Shown in pieces: positions 20,375 through 30,163 of a stretch of 64,000 nucleotides of DNA; the first letter of the stretch is position 1; each line of letters begins with the position of its first letter. Source of the stretch: Solirubrobacterales bacterium. Its GTDB lineage: Bacteria; Actinomycetota; Thermoleophilia; Solirubrobacterales; JBBDJG01. The notes under the pieces are model-generated. The model did not search any database. It had not been told where the DNA came from and saw only the letters and a program-made list of their open reading frames with translations. The translations under genes and the position numbers were made by a program. The stretch spans positions 948-64,947 of the forward strand of contig JBBQKG010000017.1 of NCBI GenBank assembly GCA_038326655.1, read 5' to 3'.

Positions 20375-23149
20375 ATGAACAGCTTCGGTGCACGCTCGAT
20401 GCTCTCGGTCGGCGGCCGCGAGTACGAGATCTTCCGGCTGGACGCGCTGCAGGCCAAGTACGACGTCTCGCGGCTGCCGTTTGCGCTGAAGGTGCTGCTC
20501 GAGAACCTGCTCCGCAACGAGGACGGCCGCACGGTCCGGCCCGAGGACGTCGAGGCGCTCGCGACGTGGGTGGCGACCGACGAGCCGAGCCGCGAGATCG
20601 CCTACACGCCGGCGCGGGTGCTGCTCCAGGACTTCACCGGCGTGCCCGCCGTGGTCGACCTCGCCGCGATGCGCGACGCGATGCGCGACCTGGGCGGCGA
20701 CCCGGCGCGGATCAACCCGCTCCAGCCGGCGGAGCTGGTGATCGACCACTCGGTGCAGGTCGACCAGTTCGCCTCGCGCTTTGCATTCACGTTCAACGCC
20801 GAGCGCGAGTTCGAGCGCAACCGCGAGCGTTACGCGTTCCTGCGCTGGGGCGCGCAGGCCTTCGACAACTTCGCGGTGGTGCCGCCCGACACCGGCATCT
20901 GCCATCAGGTCAACCTCGAGTACCTCGCCCGAGTTGTGTTCGGCCACGAGGCCAAGGGAGGCAACGGCGAGCGGCCGCAGGCCTATCCGGACACGCTGGT
21001 CGGCACCGACTCGCACACGACGATGGTGAACGGGCTCGGCGTGCTGGGGTGGGGCGTCGGGGGAATCGAGGCCGAAGCGGCGATGCTGGGCCAGCCCGTC
21101 TCGATGCTGATTCCGCAGGTGATCGGGTTCAAGTTGACCGGCGCGCTCCCGGAGGGCGCGACCGCCACCGACCTCGTGCTGACCGTGACGCAGATGCTGC
21201 GCAAGCGGGGCGTGGTCGGGAAATTCGTCGAGTTCTACGGCGCCGGCCTCGCGAGGCTGCCGCTGGCCGACCGCGCCACGATCTCCAACATGTCCCCCGA
21301 GCAGGGTGCAACCTGCGTGATGTTCCCGATCGACGCTGAGACGCTCGGCTACCTGCGCCTGACCGGCCGGCCCGAGCACCAGATCGCGCTGGTCGAGGCA
21401 TACGCGCGCGAGCAGGGCCTGTTCCACGACGCCGACTCCGAGGAGGCGGTCTACACCGACACGCTCGAGCTCGACCTCGGCGACGTCGAGCCGAGCCTGG
21501 CGGGGCCCCGGCGCCCCCAGGACCGGGTGCCGCTGAGCGACGCCAAGGAGTCCTTCGCACGCGAGCTCCAGCAGCTCACTGGCGAGCGCCCGCCCGACCG
21601 CCCGCCGGACCTGGATTCTTTGACGCGGTTCGCAGACGAGGGCGGCCACACGGCCGTCGGGGTGCAGGAGCAGGTCCCGGAGAGCGCGGTCGAGGTCGAG
21701 ATCGACGGCACCCGCTGCCTCCTCGACCACGGCGCGGTCGTGATTGCGGCGATCACGAGCTGCACCAACACGTCCAACCCCGCCGTGATGGTGGGGGCGG
21801 GGCTCCTCGCACGCAACGCGGCCGCGCGGGGGCTCGAGCGCCGGCCGTGGGTCAAGACCAGTCTCGCGCCGGGGTCGAAGGTCGTCACCGAATATCTCGA
21901 CCGCGCGGGCCTCACCGTCGATCTCGAGAAGCTCGGCTTCGATCTCGTCGGGTATGGGTGCACCACCTGCATCGGGAACTCCGGGCCGCTTCCGGAGGAG
22001 ATCTCGGCCGCGATCGAGAAGGGGGACCTGGCGGTCGCCTCCGTGCTCTCGGGCAATCGCAACTTCGAGGGCCGGATCCATTCCGAGGTGAAGATGAACT
22101 ACCTCGCCTCGCCGCCCCTGGTGGTCGCCTACGCACTCGCGGGGAGCATGAACGTCGACCTCGTGAACGAGCCGCTGGGCACCGGCTCCGACGGCGAGCC
22201 GGTCTACCTGCGCGACGTCTGGCCCTCCCAGCGGGAGGTCCACGAAGTGATCGCGCACGCCGTGCAGTCCGACATGTTCCGGCGCAGCTACGCGGACGTC
22301 TACACCGGCGACGAGCGTTGGAGGGAGCTCGGGATCCCGGAGGGCGACATCTACGCCTGGCCACCGTCGACCTACGTGCTCAAGCCGCCCTACTTCGAGG
22401 GGATGGAGCCCAAGCCGGCGCCCGTCGAGCCGATCCACGGGGCCCGTGTGCTGGCGCTGCTCGGCGACAGCGTCACCACCGACCACATCTCGCCGGCGGG
22501 CGCGATCCCTCCCGACAGCCCGGCCGGAAGGTACCTGCTGGAGCACGGCGTCGAACGCAAGGACTTCAACTCCTATGGATCACGCCGTGGCAATCACGAG
22601 GTGATGATGCGCGGCACGTTTGCGAACGTGCGGCTGCGCAACCAGCTCGTTTCCGGTGCGGAGGGCTCGTGGACCGTGCACCTGCCGAGCGGCGAGCAGA
22701 TGTCGATCTTCGACGCTGCCATGCGTTATCTCGGCGAGGGCGTGCCGCAGGTCGTGCTCGCGGGCAAGGAATACGGGTCCGGGTCGTCGCGCGACTGGGC
22801 CGCGAAGGGCCCGAGGCTGCTGGGTGTGCGAGCCGTGATCGCCGAGAGCTACGAGCGGATCCACCGGTCGAACCTGGTCGGCATGGGCGTGCTGCCGCTG
22901 CAGTTCGCCCCCGAGGAGAACGTCGAGTCGCTCGGGCTCACCGGGCACGAGACCTTCGACGTCCCGGATCTCGGGGACGAGGATGTCCGCGAGACCACCG
23001 TGACGGCGCATTCGCCGGAGGGGCAGGAGCAAACTTTCACCGCCACCGTGCGGATCGACACCCCGCAGGAATGGCGGTACTACCGCAACGGTGGCATCCT
23101 CCACTTCGTGCTGAGGCAGCTGCTGCGCGATCGGCAGACCGCCGCCTGA
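20375..23149 (+). CDS. acnA: Aconitate hydratase A
   Basis: [48 protein letters not shown]. Confidence 0.98.
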   Translation: MNSFGARSMLSVGGREYEIFRLDALQAKYDVSRLPFALKVLLENLLRNEDGRTVRPEDVEALATWVATDEPSREIAYTPARVLLQDFTGVPAVVDLAAMRDAMRDLGGDPARINPLQPAELVIDHSVQVDQFASRFAFTFNAEREFERNRERYAFLRWGAQAFDNFAVVPPDTGICHQVNLEYLARVVFGHEAKGGNGERPQAYPDTLVGTDSHTTMVNGLGVLGWGVGGIEAEAAMLGQPVSMLIPQVIGFKLTGALPEGATATDLVLTVTQMLRKRGVVGKFVEFYGAGLARLPLADRATISNMSPEQGATCVMFPIDAETLGYLRLTGRPEHQIALVEAYAREQGLFHDADSEEAVYTDTLELDLGDVEPSLAGPRRPQDRVPLSDAKESFARELQQLTGERPPDRPPDLDSLTRFADEGGHTAVGVQEQVPESAVEVEIDGTRCLLDHGAVVIAAITSCTNTSNPAVMVGAGLLARNAAARGLERRPWVKTSLAPGSKVVTEYLDRAGLTVDLEKLGFDLVGYGCTTCIGNSGPLPEEISAAIEKGDLAVASVLSGNRNFEGRIHSEVKMNYLASPPLVVAYALAGSMNVDLVNEPLGTGSDGEPVYLRDVWPSQREVHEVIAHAVQSDMFRRSYADVYTGDERWRELGIPEGDIYAWPPSTYVLKPPYFEGMEPKPAPVEPIHGARVLALLGDSVTTDHISPAGAIPPDSPAGRYLLEHGVERKDFNSYGSRRGNHEVMMRGTFANVRLRNQLVSGAEGSWTVHLPSGEQMSIFDAAMRYLGEGVPQVVLAGKEYGSGSSRDWAAKGPRLLGVRAVIAESYERIHRSNLVGMGVLPLQFAPEENVESLGLTGHETFDVPDLGDEDVRETTVTAHSPEGQEQTFTATVRIDTPQEWRYYRNGGILHFVLRQLLRDRQTAA

Positions 23150-23165
23150 GATAGCGTTACGCGCC

Positions 23166-23504
23166 GTGGAGACCGATGCCGCCAGACAGCTGCTGCGCCG
23201 TGAGCGCGAACGTGTCGAGCAGGAGCTCGCCTCGCTTCGCTCCGATCGGGAAGACGGTGAGCTGTCCAGCGTGGACCAGCACACCGCCGACGCGGGCACC
23301 GAGCTGTTCGAGAACGAGCGCGATCGCTCGATGGTCGACCGGCTGGAGGGCGAGCTCGAGGCGATCGGGCGCGCGGAGCGCCGTCTGGAGGAGGGGACCT
23401 ACGGGGTCTCCGTCGACAGCGGCGAGCCGATCCCGGACGCACGCCTCGAAGCGGTGCCATGGGCCGAGCGCACGGCCCAGGAGCAGTCCCGCTACGAGCG
23501 CTAG
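23166..23504 (+). CDS. TraR/DksA-family protein lacking zinc-finger cysteines
   Basis: DQHTADAGTE coiled-coil tip; GTYGVSVDSGEPIPDARLEAVPWA. Confidence 0.85.
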   Translation: METDAARQLLRRERERVEQELASLRSDREDGELSSVDQHTADAGTELFENERDRSMVDRLEGELEAIGRAERRLEEGTYGVSVDSGEPIPDARLEAVPWAERTAQEQSRYER

Positions 23505-23556
23505 CTCGGACGATGTCTGGCGCTAGCTCGGACGATGTCTGGCGCTAGCTCGGACG
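23498..23556. repeat. 22-bp tandem repeat, 2.7 copies
   Basis: GCGCTAGCTCGGACGATGTCTG x2 plus a 15-bp partial, containing the DksA-like stop codon. Confidence 0.92.
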
Positions 23557-23677
23557 GTAGTTAGAACTAACTTCCCACCGGGATCTCTGCTACAGTCCGG
23601 CGCGTCGCAGGGGGGCTCGAAAACCCTCTTGCCTGCAAGAACGCCACCAGGACCGAAAGGAAATACCGACACGACCT

Positions 23678-23852
23678 GACCGCTGAATCTCCGTGCGAAA
23701 GCGCCGCGAGGCGCGCCGGAGAGCGGGGGATCCAAAGCGGACCGGGCCTTCAGAGGCCGGACCGCAGGGGCGAATCGCCGCCGGGCAAGAGGCCCGCGGC
23801 GTAGCGCAGCTCTTTCAGCGCGAGCCCGTCAGCTAACCCCGTAAGCGCCCGA
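23678..23852 (+). promoter_or_regulatory. Cyclic di-AMP riboswitch (ydaO-yuaA)
   Basis: GCTGAATC...AGCGGGGGATCC...GGGGCGAATC...CCCGTCAGCTAACCCCGTAAGC upstream of a cell-wall gene. Confidence 0.92.
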
Positions 23853-23865
23853 AAGAGAGGAACCG

Positions 23866-24579
23866 TTGGATAGACGGCTCGATCGCCGTCGTGCGCCTGC
23901 CCGCAGCTCGCGCAGGCGGCCCGCATACAACCCGGTCTCCGGATCGCGTCCCGATCGCCTCGCCGCCTGGGCGTTCGTGCTCGGGATCCTGCTGATCCTG
24001 CTCGCCGCGACCACCTCGCACGGCCAGACCGGCGGCGCGGTCGCTCCCGGGGCCACGCCCTCCGGCGTGCACGGGCCGATCGGCGCGGCCGCGCCCGAAC
24101 TGGGCCAGCGCGTGCTTTCCGCGGGCGCCTCGGGCAAGGACGTCGAGACGCTCCAGCGGATCCTGCTCGCCAAGGGCTACCGCCCACTGGGCACGACCGC
24201 CAGCTTCGACAGCGCCACCGAGGAGGCCGTCAAGCGCTTCCAGCGGGACGCCCGCCTGCGCGTGGACGGCGTCGTCGGGCCCGAGACGCGGCCGGCCCTG
24301 CTCGGGCTGATGCGGGTGCTCACCGCGACCTGGTACGGCCCCGGCTTCTACGGGAAGCGAACCGCCTGCGGCCGGCGGCTCGCGCCAAACACGCTCGGTG
24401 TCGCACACCGCAAGCTCCCCTGCGGGACGCGCGTGACCTTCTTCCACAACGGCCGGTTCCTCACGCTCCCGGTGATCGACCGGGGCCCGTTCCGGCGCGG
24501 TGTCGCCTGGGACCTCACGGCCGCGGCCGCAGAGCAGCTCGGCTTTCGCAGCACGGGCACCGTCCGCTCGGCGCCGTAG
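23866..24579 (+). CDS. Peptidoglycan-binding domain + RlpA-like DPBB lytic transglycosylase
   Basis: AVKRFQ..VDGVVGPET; ATWYGPGFYGKRTACG, VAHRKLPCGT, VIDRGP, DLT. Confidence 0.9.
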   Translation: MDRRLDRRRAPARSSRRRPAYNPVSGSRPDRLAAWAFVLGILLILLAATTSHGQTGGAVAPGATPSGVHGPIGAAAPELGQRVLSAGASGKDVETLQRILLAKGYRPLGTTASFDSATEEAVKRFQRDARLRVDGVVGPETRPALLGLMRVLTATWYGPGFYGKRTACGRRLAPNTLGVAHRKLPCGTRVTFFHNGRFLTLPVIDRGPFRRGVAWDLTAAAAEQLGFRSTGTVRSAP

Positions 24580-24705
24580 CCCTGCTCACATCCTGACTCT
24601 GAAGCGCCCGGATGGGTGATCCGGTGATCCAGGCTACCTTCCTGTCCGCAGGAACAGATCAGCGGACGCCGAAAATCTGGGGGTCCCATGGTATTTTGTA
24701 AACCA

Positions 24706-24722
24706 GCTTACGTGTCGTAAGC
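24706..24722. promoter_or_regulatory. Palindromic operator GCTTAC-N5-GTAAGC
   Basis: Perfect 6-bp inverted repeat just downstream of TATTTT, ahead of the CMD-HxlR pair. Confidence 0.6.
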
Positions 24723-24758
24723 AACTGGCCATTTGGTTAGCTTCGAGCCGAAAGTAAA

Positions 24759-25328
24759 GTGATGCCCCCCAAGATCTCGAGATTCGACATCCATGACGAG
24801 CTCACCGCCCCTCCCGAGAGTGCCCCGATCCTGAAGGGCGCCCTGTCGGGCAGTGGCAAGCTGAACAACTTCGTCGGCGTGCTGGCCGGCTCCCCGGCAG
24901 CGCTCCGCGGCTACGCGCGGATGCGGTCGGAGCTTCGCCGCGGCACGCTTCCCGCGGCGACCCAGGAGCGGATCGCGCTCGCGGTCGCGGAGTACCGCGG
25001 CGCGCAGTACGACGTCGCGGTCCACGCGCGCGCCGGCCGCAGCGTCGGCCTGAGCCTCGACGAGATCGAGCTGGCACGAGGCTTCGCGTCCCGTGACGAG
25101 AAGGAGCAGGCGCTGCTCCGCTACCTCGAGCAGCTGCTCGAGAATCGCGGCCAGGTACCGGTCCACCTCCACGAGGAGGCGCGCGAGGCAGGCTGGTCTG
25201 ACGAGCAGCTTCTCGAGGCGCTCGGGCACGTGGCGCTGGCGGACTTCTCGGCGCTCGTGACCCTCGCGGGTGAGATCCCGCTCGAGGGCACCTCGCGCGA
25301 GCTGAAGCCGCTCGGCAAGGCCGCGTAG
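24759..25328 (+). CDS. Carboxymuconolactone decarboxylase/AhpD-like protein (no CxxC)
   Basis: LAGSPAALRGY, ERIALAVAE..AQYD..VH, AGWSDEQLLE. Confidence 0.82.
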   Translation: MMPPKISRFDIHDELTAPPESAPILKGALSGSGKLNNFVGVLAGSPAALRGYARMRSELRRGTLPAATQERIALAVAEYRGAQYDVAVHARAGRSVGLSLDEIELARGFASRDEKEQALLRYLEQLLENRGQVPVHLHEEAREAGWSDEQLLEALGHVALADFSALVTLAGEIPLEGTSRELKPLGKAA

Positions 25329-25339
25329 CGCGACCTTCG

Positions 25340-25717
25340 ATGGCGGAGACGGCGCTCACAGCAAGGGCTGAGGCAGCCGTCCAGACCGGGACCGTTGCGG
25401 TTCCCGCCGCGTGGGGCGGAGTCTGCCCATATTTCCACGAGGCGGTCGAGTTGCTCGGCAAGCGCTGGTCTGGCGCGATCGTCCATGTACTGCTTGGCGG
25501 GCCGATGCGGTTCTCGGAGCTGTCCCACGCGGTCCCGCTGATCTCAGACCGGCTGCTGTCGATCCGGCTGAGGGAGCTCGAGGGCTTCGACATCGTCGAG
25601 CGGCAGGTCCACGACGAGCCGCCCGTGCGGGTCGAGTACGAGCTCACGCCGAAGGGACGCGCGCTCGAGCCGGCCGTCAGCGCGCTTCGCTCGTGGGCCC
25701 GCGAGTGGCACCAGTAG
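25340..25717 (+). CDS. HxlR/DUF24-family transcriptional regulator
   Basis: CP..AVELLGKRW, RFSEL, RLRELE, PVRVEYELT.KG. Confidence 0.92.
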   Translation: MAETALTARAEAAVQTGTVAVPAAWGGVCPYFHEAVELLGKRWSGAIVHVLLGGPMRFSELSHAVPLISDRLLSIRLRELEGFDIVERQVHDEPPVRVEYELTPKGRALEPAVSALRSWAREWHQ

Positions 25718-25815
25718 CAAGCGACCCGCACGTCACCTCGCGGTCTCGCTAGGGTACGGCGCGCTCGGCGATCTCGAGCCGACGCCCGTTCTTGCCCTGA
25801 ACAAAAGGAGCCGCC

Positions 25816-27168
25816 GTGGCAGACAACGCGCCGCAGACCGCACAGGACGTCATCAGCATCGTCAAGGAGCGGGACGTCCGCTTCATCCGGCTCTGGTTCA
25901 CCGACATCCTGGGGCAGCTGAAGAGCTTCTCGATCAACGCGGCGGAGCTCGAGGACGCGTTCGAAGGTGGCATGGGGTTCGACGGTTCCTCGATCACGGG
26001 CTTCAACCCGATCGAGGAGTCCGACATGATCGCGATGCCGGATCCCTCCACCTTCTCGATCCTGCCATGGCGACCGGAGGACCGCCCCACGGGCCGGATG
26101 TTCTGCGACGTGCAGGTTCCCGGCGGCGGTGCCTACGAGGGCGACCCGCGGTGGGTGCTGCGGCGCTCACTCGAGCGCATGCGCTCGATGGGCTTCGACC
26201 AGTTCTACATCGGGCCGGAGCTCGAGTATTTCTACTTCCGCTCCGCGGACGCCTCGACCGGGCCGCCCGAGGTGCTCGACAAGGGCGGCTACTTCGACCT
26301 CACGACGCTCGACGCCGGCTCGGACCTGCGGCGGGAGACCGTGCTCGCGCTCGAGCAGCTGGGTATCCACGTCGAGTACTCGCATCACGAGGTCGGCCCC
26401 TCCCAGCACGAGGTCGACATGCGCTTCGCCGACGCGCTCAAGATGGCCGACGACTGCATGACCTACCGCATCACCGTGAAGGAGTACGCGCTGAAGTACG
26501 GCTTCTACGCGACCTTCATGCCGAAGCCCCTCTACGGCGAGAACGGCTCAGGGATGCACGTGCACCAGTCGCTCTTCAAGGGCGGCCGGAACGCCTTCTA
26601 CGACGCCGACGACCAGTTCTACCTGTCGGACGTGGCGAAGTCGTTCATCGCGGGCCAGCTCAAGCACGCGCGCGAGATCGCGGCGCTGTTCGCGCAGTGG
26701 GTCAACTCCTACAAGCGGCTTGTCCCCGGCTACGAGGCGCCTGTCTACGTGGCCTGGTCGCGGCGGAACCGCTCGGCCTTGATCCGGGTGCCGCTCTACC
26801 ACCCCGGGCGCGAGCAGGCGACGCGGTGCGAGATCCGCAGCCCCGACCCGTCCTGCAACCCGTACCTGTGCTTCGCGGCGCTGCTCCAGGCGGGCCTCGA
26901 GGGAATCGAGAAGGGCTACGAGCTGCCCGAGCCGATGGAGCGCAACCTCTACCACCTGACCCCGGACGAGCGGAAGCGGCTGGGGATCGAGCAGCTCCCG
27001 GAGACGCTCGGCGAGGCGATCGAGATCGCGTCCGAGTCCGAGCTGATCCTGAAGACCCTCGGCGAGCACGTCTTCACGCGCTTCATCGAGATCAAGCGCC
27101 AGGAATGGGACGACTACCGGACCCAGCTCTCCCAGTGGGAGATGGACCGGTACCTGCCGATCCTGTAG
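25816..27168 (+). CDS. glnA: Glutamine synthetase type I
   Basis: FDGSSI, HHEVGPSQHE, TFMPKP, NGSGMHVH, NSYKRLVPGYEAP. Confidence 0.97.
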   Translation: MADNAPQTAQDVISIVKERDVRFIRLWFTDILGQLKSFSINAAELEDAFEGGMGFDGSSITGFNPIEESDMIAMPDPSTFSILPWRPEDRPTGRMFCDVQVPGGGAYEGDPRWVLRRSLERMRSMGFDQFYIGPELEYFYFRSADASTGPPEVLDKGGYFDLTTLDAGSDLRRETVLALEQLGIHVEYSHHEVGPSQHEVDMRFADALKMADDCMTYRITVKEYALKYGFYATFMPKPLYGENGSGMHVHQSLFKGGRNAFYDADDQFYLSDVAKSFIAGQLKHAREIAALFAQWVNSYKRLVPGYEAPVYVAWSRRNRSALIRVPLYHPGREQATRCEIRSPDPSCNPYLCFAALLQAGLEGIEKGYELPEPMERNLYHLTPDERKRLGIEQLPETLGEAIEIASESELILKTLGEHVFTRFIEIKRQEWDDYRTQLSQWEMDRYLPIL

Positions 27169-27261
27169 CGACCGCCTGACCGACAGCCGCCGCGGTGCAC
27201 GACCGCGGGCAGTTGTTCGAAAACGCTCGACCAATCGGGCTGAGCGTTCGATGAACAATGT

Positions 27262-28920
27262 GTGAGGACACGGCTGATAGCGGCCTGCACGGGTGTGCTG
27301 GCGGTGCTCGCCGCCGCACAGCCGGCTGCGGCCAGCGATGCGGCGCCGCACGAGCTGATCGTGCGCTTCGAGCCCGGCGCGGGTACGGCGGACCGGCTGG
27401 ACGCCCGCCGCGACGCCGGGGTCGCGTTCGGGCAGGCGCTGCCGGTTTCCGGTCTGCAGGTGGTCGAGGTGCCCGATGGCGCGTCGGCGGCCACGGCCGA
27501 GTCGCGCCTCGATCGCGATCGGCGTGTGGCGTACGCGGAGCCCAACCTCGAGCGCCGCGCGACGCGCGTGCCGAACGACACCAGCTTCTCGCTCGAGTGG
27601 GGGCTCCAGAGCATCGACGCCCCGGAAGCGTGGGATGTGACGACGGGCGGGCCGGCCGCGACGGTTGCCGTAATCGACACCGGGATCGACTCCGCACACC
27701 CTGATCTCGCTCCCAACCTGTGGACCAACCCGGGCGAGAGCGGGCCGACCGCGTCCAACGGCATCGACGACGACGGCGACGGGCTCGTCGACGACGCCCA
27801 CGGCTGGGACTGGGTGGCGGGGGATGCGACGCCAGCCGACCAGAACGGGCACGGGACCCACGTGGCCGGCACGATCGACGCGCGCGGCGATGACGGCACC
27901 GGCGTCGCGGGCGTCTCCTGGAACGCCGGCCTGATGCCGCTGCGGGTGCTGGACGCGAGCGGCTCGGGCAATCTCGCGAACGTGATCTCCGCGTATGGAT
28001 ATGCGGCCGGGCACGGCGCCGCGGTGGTCAACGCGAGCTACGGCGGAACGGAGTTCTCGCGAGCCGAATACGACACGATCCGGTCTGCGCCCGGAACGCT
28101 GATCGTCGCCGCCGCCGGCAACACGGGCGCAGACGAGGCCGCGGCGCCGGAGTATCCCTGCGCGTATGACCTCCCCAATGTGATCTGCGTGGCCGCGACC
28201 GACGAGCGCGACGCGCTTGCGAGCTTCTCGAACTTCGGCGCCGCGGCGGTCGACCTGGGGGCGCCGGGCGTGCAGATCCTGAGCGACCGTGCGGGGGGTG
28301 GGTCCGTCTACATGAGCGGCACCTCGATGGCGTCGCCACACGTCGCCGGTACGGCCGCGCTTCTGTTCGCGCACCGCCCGAATGCCTCCGTCGCCGACGT
28401 CAAGCAGGCGATCCTGAACGGGGCGGACCCTGTCCCGGCGCTCGCCGGGAGGACCGTCAGCGGCGCCCGCCTCGACGCGCGGGGTGCGCTCGATCGCCTC
28501 GACGGGCTGCCGCCCCGCGGCCCGGCCTCGGGACCATCGCGACCGGCCGCCTCGCCGCGGTCCACGTCCCGCAGGGTGACCCTGGGGGTGCTCCGCCACA
28601 AGAGCCTGCGATGGGTCGCGCGCCACGGTCTGCGCGTGAAGGTCGGCTGTCCGATGAGTTGCCGCCTGGCGATCCGGGCGGTGGTCTCGGGGCGCACGGC
28701 GCAGGCGCTGCGGGGCCGGCGATCCACCGTGACCGTCGACCGGCGACACGTGAGGCTCGCGCGGAGCGGCAAGAAGACCCTCCGACTGCGGCTGGCCCGG
28801 CGTGCCGTGCGGGCGCTCCGCCGCACGGGCCACGTGCGGCTGGCGGTGATCGCCGCCGGCACGGTGGGGCACAGCCACGCGGGCGGGACCAGGAGCGTTC
28901 GGCTGACGACCCACCCATAG
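27262..28920 (+). CDS. Secreted S8 subtilase with cationic C-terminal domain
   Basis: Signal peptide; VIDTG, HGTHVAG, GTSMASPHVAG catalytic triad. Confidence 0.95.
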   Translation: MRTRLIAACTGVLAVLAAAQPAAASDAAPHELIVRFEPGAGTADRLDARRDAGVAFGQALPVSGLQVVEVPDGASAATAESRLDRDRRVAYAEPNLERRATRVPNDTSFSLEWGLQSIDAPEAWDVTTGGPAATVAVIDTGIDSAHPDLAPNLWTNPGESGPTASNGIDDDGDGLVDDAHGWDWVAGDATPADQNGHGTHVAGTIDARGDDGTGVAGVSWNAGLMPLRVLDASGSGNLANVISAYGYAAGHGAAVVNASYGGTEFSRAEYDTIRSAPGTLIVAAAGNTGADEAAAPEYPCAYDLPNVICVAATDERDALASFSNFGAAAVDLGAPGVQILSDRAGGGSVYMSGTSMASPHVAGTAALLFAHRPNASVADVKQAILNGADPVPALAGRTVSGARLDARGALDRLDGLPPRGPASGPSRPAASPRSTSRRVTLGVLRHKSLRWVARHGLRVKVGCPMSCRLAIRAVVSGRTAQALRGRRSTVTVDRRHVRLARSGKKTLRLRLARRAVRALRRTGHVRLAVIAAGTVGHSHAGGTRSVRLTTHP

Positions 28921-28954
28921 GCGGCGCCGACCCTGCGATAGGCTGGCGCGTGAC

Positions 28955-30163
28955 ATGGCGGTCACCGTGGAAGGGGAACGCACTTTTGGCCCTGACCAGG
29001 CCGAGCGCTTCGAGCGTGACGGGTTCCTGGTGATCGAGGGCGCCTGCCCAGCCGAGCTGATCGACGGCGTGCGAGCCGAGATCGACCCGCTCCTCCACGA
29101 TCGGTGGAGCGACGCGATGGAGGGCGAGCGGGACGGGCTCATGTACACGAACTACGGCGGCTGGCCCGAGCACGACCTCGCCTGGCACCGGATCCTGAAC
29201 GCGTGGAAGACGTGCGACAGCGTGCGCGCGCTGGCCCTGTCGGAGCCGCTGTTGGAGATCGTCGGGCAGCTCTACGGACGCACCGTGAAGCCGTTCCAGA
29301 CGCTCAACTTCCCGATCGGCACGCAACAGCCCGCGCACGCCGACTCGTTCCACTTCCAGTCCAACCCACCCGGGCTGATGTGCGGGATCTGGGTTGCGCT
29401 GGAGGACATGGACATCGAGAACGGCCCGCTCGTCTACTACCCCGGGAGCCACACGCTGCCGATGCCGACGTGGCAGGTGATCGAGCAGGCAACCGGATAT
29501 TCGGTCAGCCCGGACGAGTTCGAGACGCATCAGGACTTCCTGCATAGGCGGCACGAGCAGTACGCCGAGTACTGCCGCTGGCTGATCGAGCACGAAGGGC
29601 TCGAGCCGCAGTACGGGACGATCCGCAAGGGGCAGGCGTTGATCTGGGCGGCGAACCTCCTGCACGGCGGCTCGCCCCAGACCGACCGCAACCGCACCCG
29701 CAACAGCCAGGTGACCCATTACTTCTTCGAGGACACACGGGTCTACACGCCGATGCACGTCGAGGACGGGCACGTCTACTGGGACTACCCGGCCTGGATC
29801 CGCGATCCCGTGCCGCGGTATGCGGCCGCCGCCGTCGCCGAGGTGGTCAGCCGGAAGGTGCCCGCCGGCGCGCAGGTGGTGGTCGTCGCGCACGGCGGCG
29901 AGGAGCCGGTCGAGCTCGACGGCTACCCGACCGAGCCTTTTCCCCAGGCCGAGGACGGCACTTGCGCTCCGGACGTCGACGATGCGGGCTCGACCGCGAT
30001 GCTGGAGGCGCTGCGTGACCGCGGGGCGCGGTTCCTGGTCGTGCCGAAGCCCTCGCTAGTCTGGCTCGAGTGGGCCAAGCCGAGCCTTCAGGAACTGCTC
30101 GAGACGCGCTACCGAGCGATCTTCGCGGATGGCTCGATTTGCGCGATCTACTCGCTCGAGTAG
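28955..30163 (+). CDS. PhyH-family Fe/2OG dioxygenase with unnamed C-terminal domain
   Basis: GTQQPAHAD, WVALED...NGPL.YYPGSH, LLHGG. Confidence 0.9.
   Translation: MAVTVEGERTFGPDQAERFERDGFLVIEGACPAELIDGVRAEIDPLLHDRWSDAMEGERDGLMYTNYGGWPEHDLAWHRILNAWKTCDSVRALALSEPLLEIVGQLYGRTVKPFQTLNFPIGTQQPAHADSFHFQSNPPGLMCGIWVALEDMDIENGPLVYYPGSHTLPMPTWQVIEQATGYSVSPDEFETHQDFLHRRHEQYAEYCRWLIEHEGLEPQYGTIRKGQALIWAANLLHGGSPQTDRNRTRNSQVTHYFFEDTRVYTPMHVEDGHVYWDYPAWIRDPVPRYAAAAVAEVVSRKVPAGAQVVVVAHGGEEPVELDGYPTEPFPQAEDGTCAPDVDDAGSTAMLEALRDRGARFLVVPKPSLVWLEWAKPSLQELLETRYRAIFADGSICAIYSLE

Noticed and set aside
23498-23556. Possible CRISPR mini-array
   Set aside because: The units are contiguous with no spacers, and there are no cas genes in the window
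25721-25755. GlnR-like 11-bp-spaced pentamers (GCGAC, GTCAC, GTCTC) upstream of glnA
   Set aside because: Only one matches GTNAC; too degenerate to support
27205-27220. SOS-box-like CGGGC-AGTT-GTTCG upstream of the S8 protease
   Set aside because: Two mismatches in the conserved GAAC half-site
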